A stretch of DNA of 64,000 bases, taken from positions 62,001 through 126,000 of the forward strand of contig NC_087251.1 in NCBI RefSeq assembly GCF_037042905.1, in the 5' to 3' direction. Positions 60,928 to 64,000 of the stretch are shown in pieces (within the stretch, counting starts at the first letter, position 1; each line of letters starts with the position of its first letter). Made by a program: the position numbers and the translations under genes. This DNA comes from Lytechinus pictus. Its lineage: Eukaryota. The notes below the pieces were generated by a model, which was not told the origin of the DNA, did no database searches, and was given only the letters and a program-made list of their open reading frames with translations.

Positions 60928-62840
60928 CCCGACCTTTCGTTGGACAACGCGAACGCTTATTTGCGACGGTAGTTGATTTTGGAAGATACTTTTCGGCCCG
61001 TCGTCATTGTCGTAAAACTCTGTCCTGCAATGCAAATTGTGTGACATGATATTTTTTTTCGTTTCACATCTGGAACGGAAACATTCAATCTGCGTTTCGT
61101 GTGCAAAATTCTGGTTGCTACTATGGAAACAGCGATATATCCGATTTAGGACGACTTTCCAAAGCCACATTTGGTTCCTCCCAGAGCTCGAGAGGCCGCC
61201 CGGGGGGCCCACTTCCATTGAAGAGTGGATACCAGGCGCGACCACGCGTAAAAAGGGAAAGAGTGGGCAAGTACGTTACGTATAGGCCTATGTAACGTTA
61301 TAAGGGTGTCAAAAACGATGTTTAAAATACCAAAAAGGAAGATATGTTTTCAATACTTGTAGGGTTTTACAAGCTAAATACTTGTTAAGAGATGCATTTT
61401 CATAATCTGGAAAAGCCTTGCTTCCCTTGTTTAGGGTGCTTTTCGAAACTGCATGGTCGTGCCTGGTATCCACTCATCAATGGAAGTGGTCCCCCCGGAA
61501 ATTCAAATCTAATCCCCATTTCTGGGAAAAGTAAAACATAATGCCCATTACATTATGTGCTAGAGGCATATCGTTTGTGTAGGAGTAAACAAAATAAATT
61601 CTGGCTGGTACGTGTTCAGACCAAGGTAACTCCTTGTTTAGACGTATACATGCTGTGTACATAATCAACGCATGCGAAATGGTTTCGCTGGAGAGGTGAT
61701 TTGACCCATGGAATCAATTGCCAGCAGGCGCGTAGCCAGGGGGGCGGTGGGGGCGGTGCCCCCCCCCCCCCCCAAACGTCCCCAAAAAGAAAAAAAAAGG
61801 GAAAAAAGAGAGGAGAAAAGGGAAGGGAGGAAAGGGAAGAAAGGTAGCTTTGTCGGGTTTTTTTTTCTTTTCATTCTTTATTTTTTTCCTCAAAAGAGAA
61901 ACTCCTTCACTCTTGCTCTGAATTTATATATGAATTTTGCTCCCGCGCCGCGCGCGGTTAATGACAATATTGAAGTTCTCCATTGTTTCCCCCACCCTTT
62001 CTCTAACCCTGTTTTTTCACCTCAGCTATATGTGTTTCTTGCCAGTTAAAGTTCAAATGTATACATTAGGGCATGGAATTAGAGTAAGGTTAGGCTGAAG
62101 TATATGAAGTTATCTTTTTTTTAATTGATCGCGCAACTTCTGGTCGGGTCGGCTCCGGGCGGGTAAAATCTTTATATCAATTTCTGCCGTTACCTCCATA
62201 AAGTCAACTTCTCCCGCTTTTCAGCTCATTACTAAACAACCATAATTTTGGGGCAAACGGGTTCCTAATTTAAAAAGAGGAATGTATCAAATTCGTGTCG
62301 TATTAAATAAAAAAGTACAATATATTTTTATCAAATTCTATTAATCTTCATGTCATTTCCCTGCACATTCATCTCCTGTCCTGTTTTGCGCCCTCAGTTT
62401 GAAATTTTGAATGACACTTAGGTTTCTTTATAATTCCAAATGAAGCGCTTCAGGATAAGTCAAAGAAATTAGGCATCCTTTTTTATATCATTTCAATAAA
62501 TCACAGAAGTTTCAACTTTTTGCGCACTACTTTCCTTGTAATGAAGTTCAATAATCTTAGGAAATCAATTGAATTAGCCATCCAGCCATCAGTCGTAATG
62601 TACATGCATGTGTGGTGCGGGTGTCGCGGGAAAGAATTTTGCACACGAAAAGCAGATCTGTAGGGCCTGTAACCCCCCTGTAACACAAAGCTTAGCATTG
62701 ATTGTAGAGCAGTTTTCTACGTTTGATTCTATTGACTATAATGTACAATCAATCTTAAAAATCAAGTGTATGATTAAGCATTAACTTTTGTGTTAGGGGA
62801 CCCTAATATTAGCGTCCGTGAGGATTGCGAAAGGTCCCAA
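60928..62840 (+). mobile_element. Composite repeat, copy 3, with a secondary insertion
   Basis: CCCGACCTTTCG ... CGAAAGGTCCCAA; collinear with copy 1 except for 61725-62580. Confidence 0.9.
61725..62580 (+). mobile_element. One-ended hAT-like insertion with an adjacent host deletion
   Basis: Starts CAGGCGCGTAGCCAGGGGGG..poly-C. It replaces the host segment corresponding to ~14503-14675 of copy 1. Confidence 0.6.
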
Positions 62841-63258
62841 ATCTTAAATGAATACGCATTTCACTATGATTCGGATAGTAGAAATCGGTTGAAATTGTTT
62901 TCTGGACAGCTAATATATTTTGAAATAAATGAAAATTTATCCCGAAACTGTCATGCTATTGGGCAAAAATTTGCATGTGCATTGATATCTATCTGTTCAA
63001 TCATTAACATCAACAACTATTGCAAAATATCAGCATTCGACACGAAAGAGGATATATTATACCGAGAATACTGAAACGCTTCATGACAGTATATATGAAT
63101 GTCTTAATTTGCTTAGTTAAAGGGCAACTACCATGTATTACTCGATAATGCGATAAAATGACACCAAAAAGCAACCTCTGTCTCTTAGTCACACCCGCAA
63201 GAGCCTGAGGAAGGTGCCCTTACCTTATCAGTAGCTTGACTATAAAATATCGTGCTTT

Positions 63259-63990
63259 CTTGGAGCCCCCAATGTGGCAAGATGGTGTATCCTCTATGTA
63301 GAAAAACAATTCTTATTTTATTGAAATTACTTGGAGACAAAACAGTAGGCTTTTCTCTATCAGCTACATTATAAAGAAGTGCGGGCACAGCAAAGCCTAC
63401 CCTCCCCCCCCCCTTTCCGGGACCGCCGAAGTCCCCCCCCCCCCCCATCCCTTTTTCGTATTTTGCCTATTTATGGGAAAGTATGCCATTTTGGAGCCCC
63501 CATTGAGTAAAAAAAAGGTTTCTGCTATGTAGTAAAACCACTTTTATTGTTTTGAAACTATATGGAGACAAAAGAGTAGAGTTTCTTCTATCTGCTACAT
63601 AGTTATAAAGAAGTGCTGGCATATTGAAGCATACCCCTTAGGGGGTCACCGAAATCACCCACCCCTTTTCCATATTTTACCTTTTTATGGGAAAATATGC
63701 CATTTTCGAGCCCCCATTGAGGCAAAAAGTGTTTCTGCTATGTAGTAAAGCCACTTTTATTGTTTTGAAACTACGTGGAGACAAAGTAGTAGCCTTTCCT
63801 TTATCTGCTGCTAATAAGTGCTTGCGCAGCAAAGCCTATCCCCCTCAGGGGGTTCCCAAAGTCACCCACCCCTTTTCCATATTTTTTCAATATATGGGAA
63901 AATCTGCCCAATTTGGAGCCTCTAAAGAGGGTAGAAGTCGATGTGCCAGCACTCTTTTTACATGTAGCTGATAGAAAAAAGCCTATCTTT
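63259..63990. repeat. ~210-230-bp tandem repeat, 3-4 diverged units
   Basis: TT(G/C)GAGCCCCCA recurs at ~63260, 63491, 63705 and 63913, with shared GGAGACAAA and AAAGCCTA blocks. Confidence 0.85.
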
Positions 63991-64000
63991 CATTTCCAAG

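Noticed and set aside
60784..61245. 153-aa ORF with similar ORFs at 13755-14063
   Set aside because: The frames cross element boundaries and are not preserved among the three repeat copies.

Overview
AT-rich, repeat-dense eukaryotic (metazoan) genomic DNA. I found no supportable host gene. The repeat style suggests a marine invertebrate such as an echinoderm, but that is inference only. The window is a nest of mobile elements. (1) An apparently full-length ~9.2-kb CR1/Crack/L2-group LINE (47211-56400) has an open ORF1, an open APE+RT ORF2 and an unusual ~4.8-kb spacer between them; it splits a Tc1-like MITE. (2) A 5'-truncated CR1-group LINE carries one nonsense codon (40625-42688). (3) There are Penelope-like element (PLE) relics and three hammerhead-ribozyme motifs. 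(4) There are many MITEs and foldback DNA elements with readable TIRs and TSDs. The most unusual signal is a young ~407-bp circularly permuted unit at 57059-58035, arranged as partial tandems in inverted orientation. It carries a cleanly folding 72-nt tRNA with a UCA (opal) anticodon, enclosed by a G-U-containing long-range helix. An otherwise dissimilar tRNA-bearing insert at 39535-39845 (14-bp TSD) shares the same UUUUCGGCAUYA helix. Together they suggest a retrozyme-like class of small retroelements that carries a tRNA module where a hammerhead would be expected. All coordinates and alignments were read by eye.
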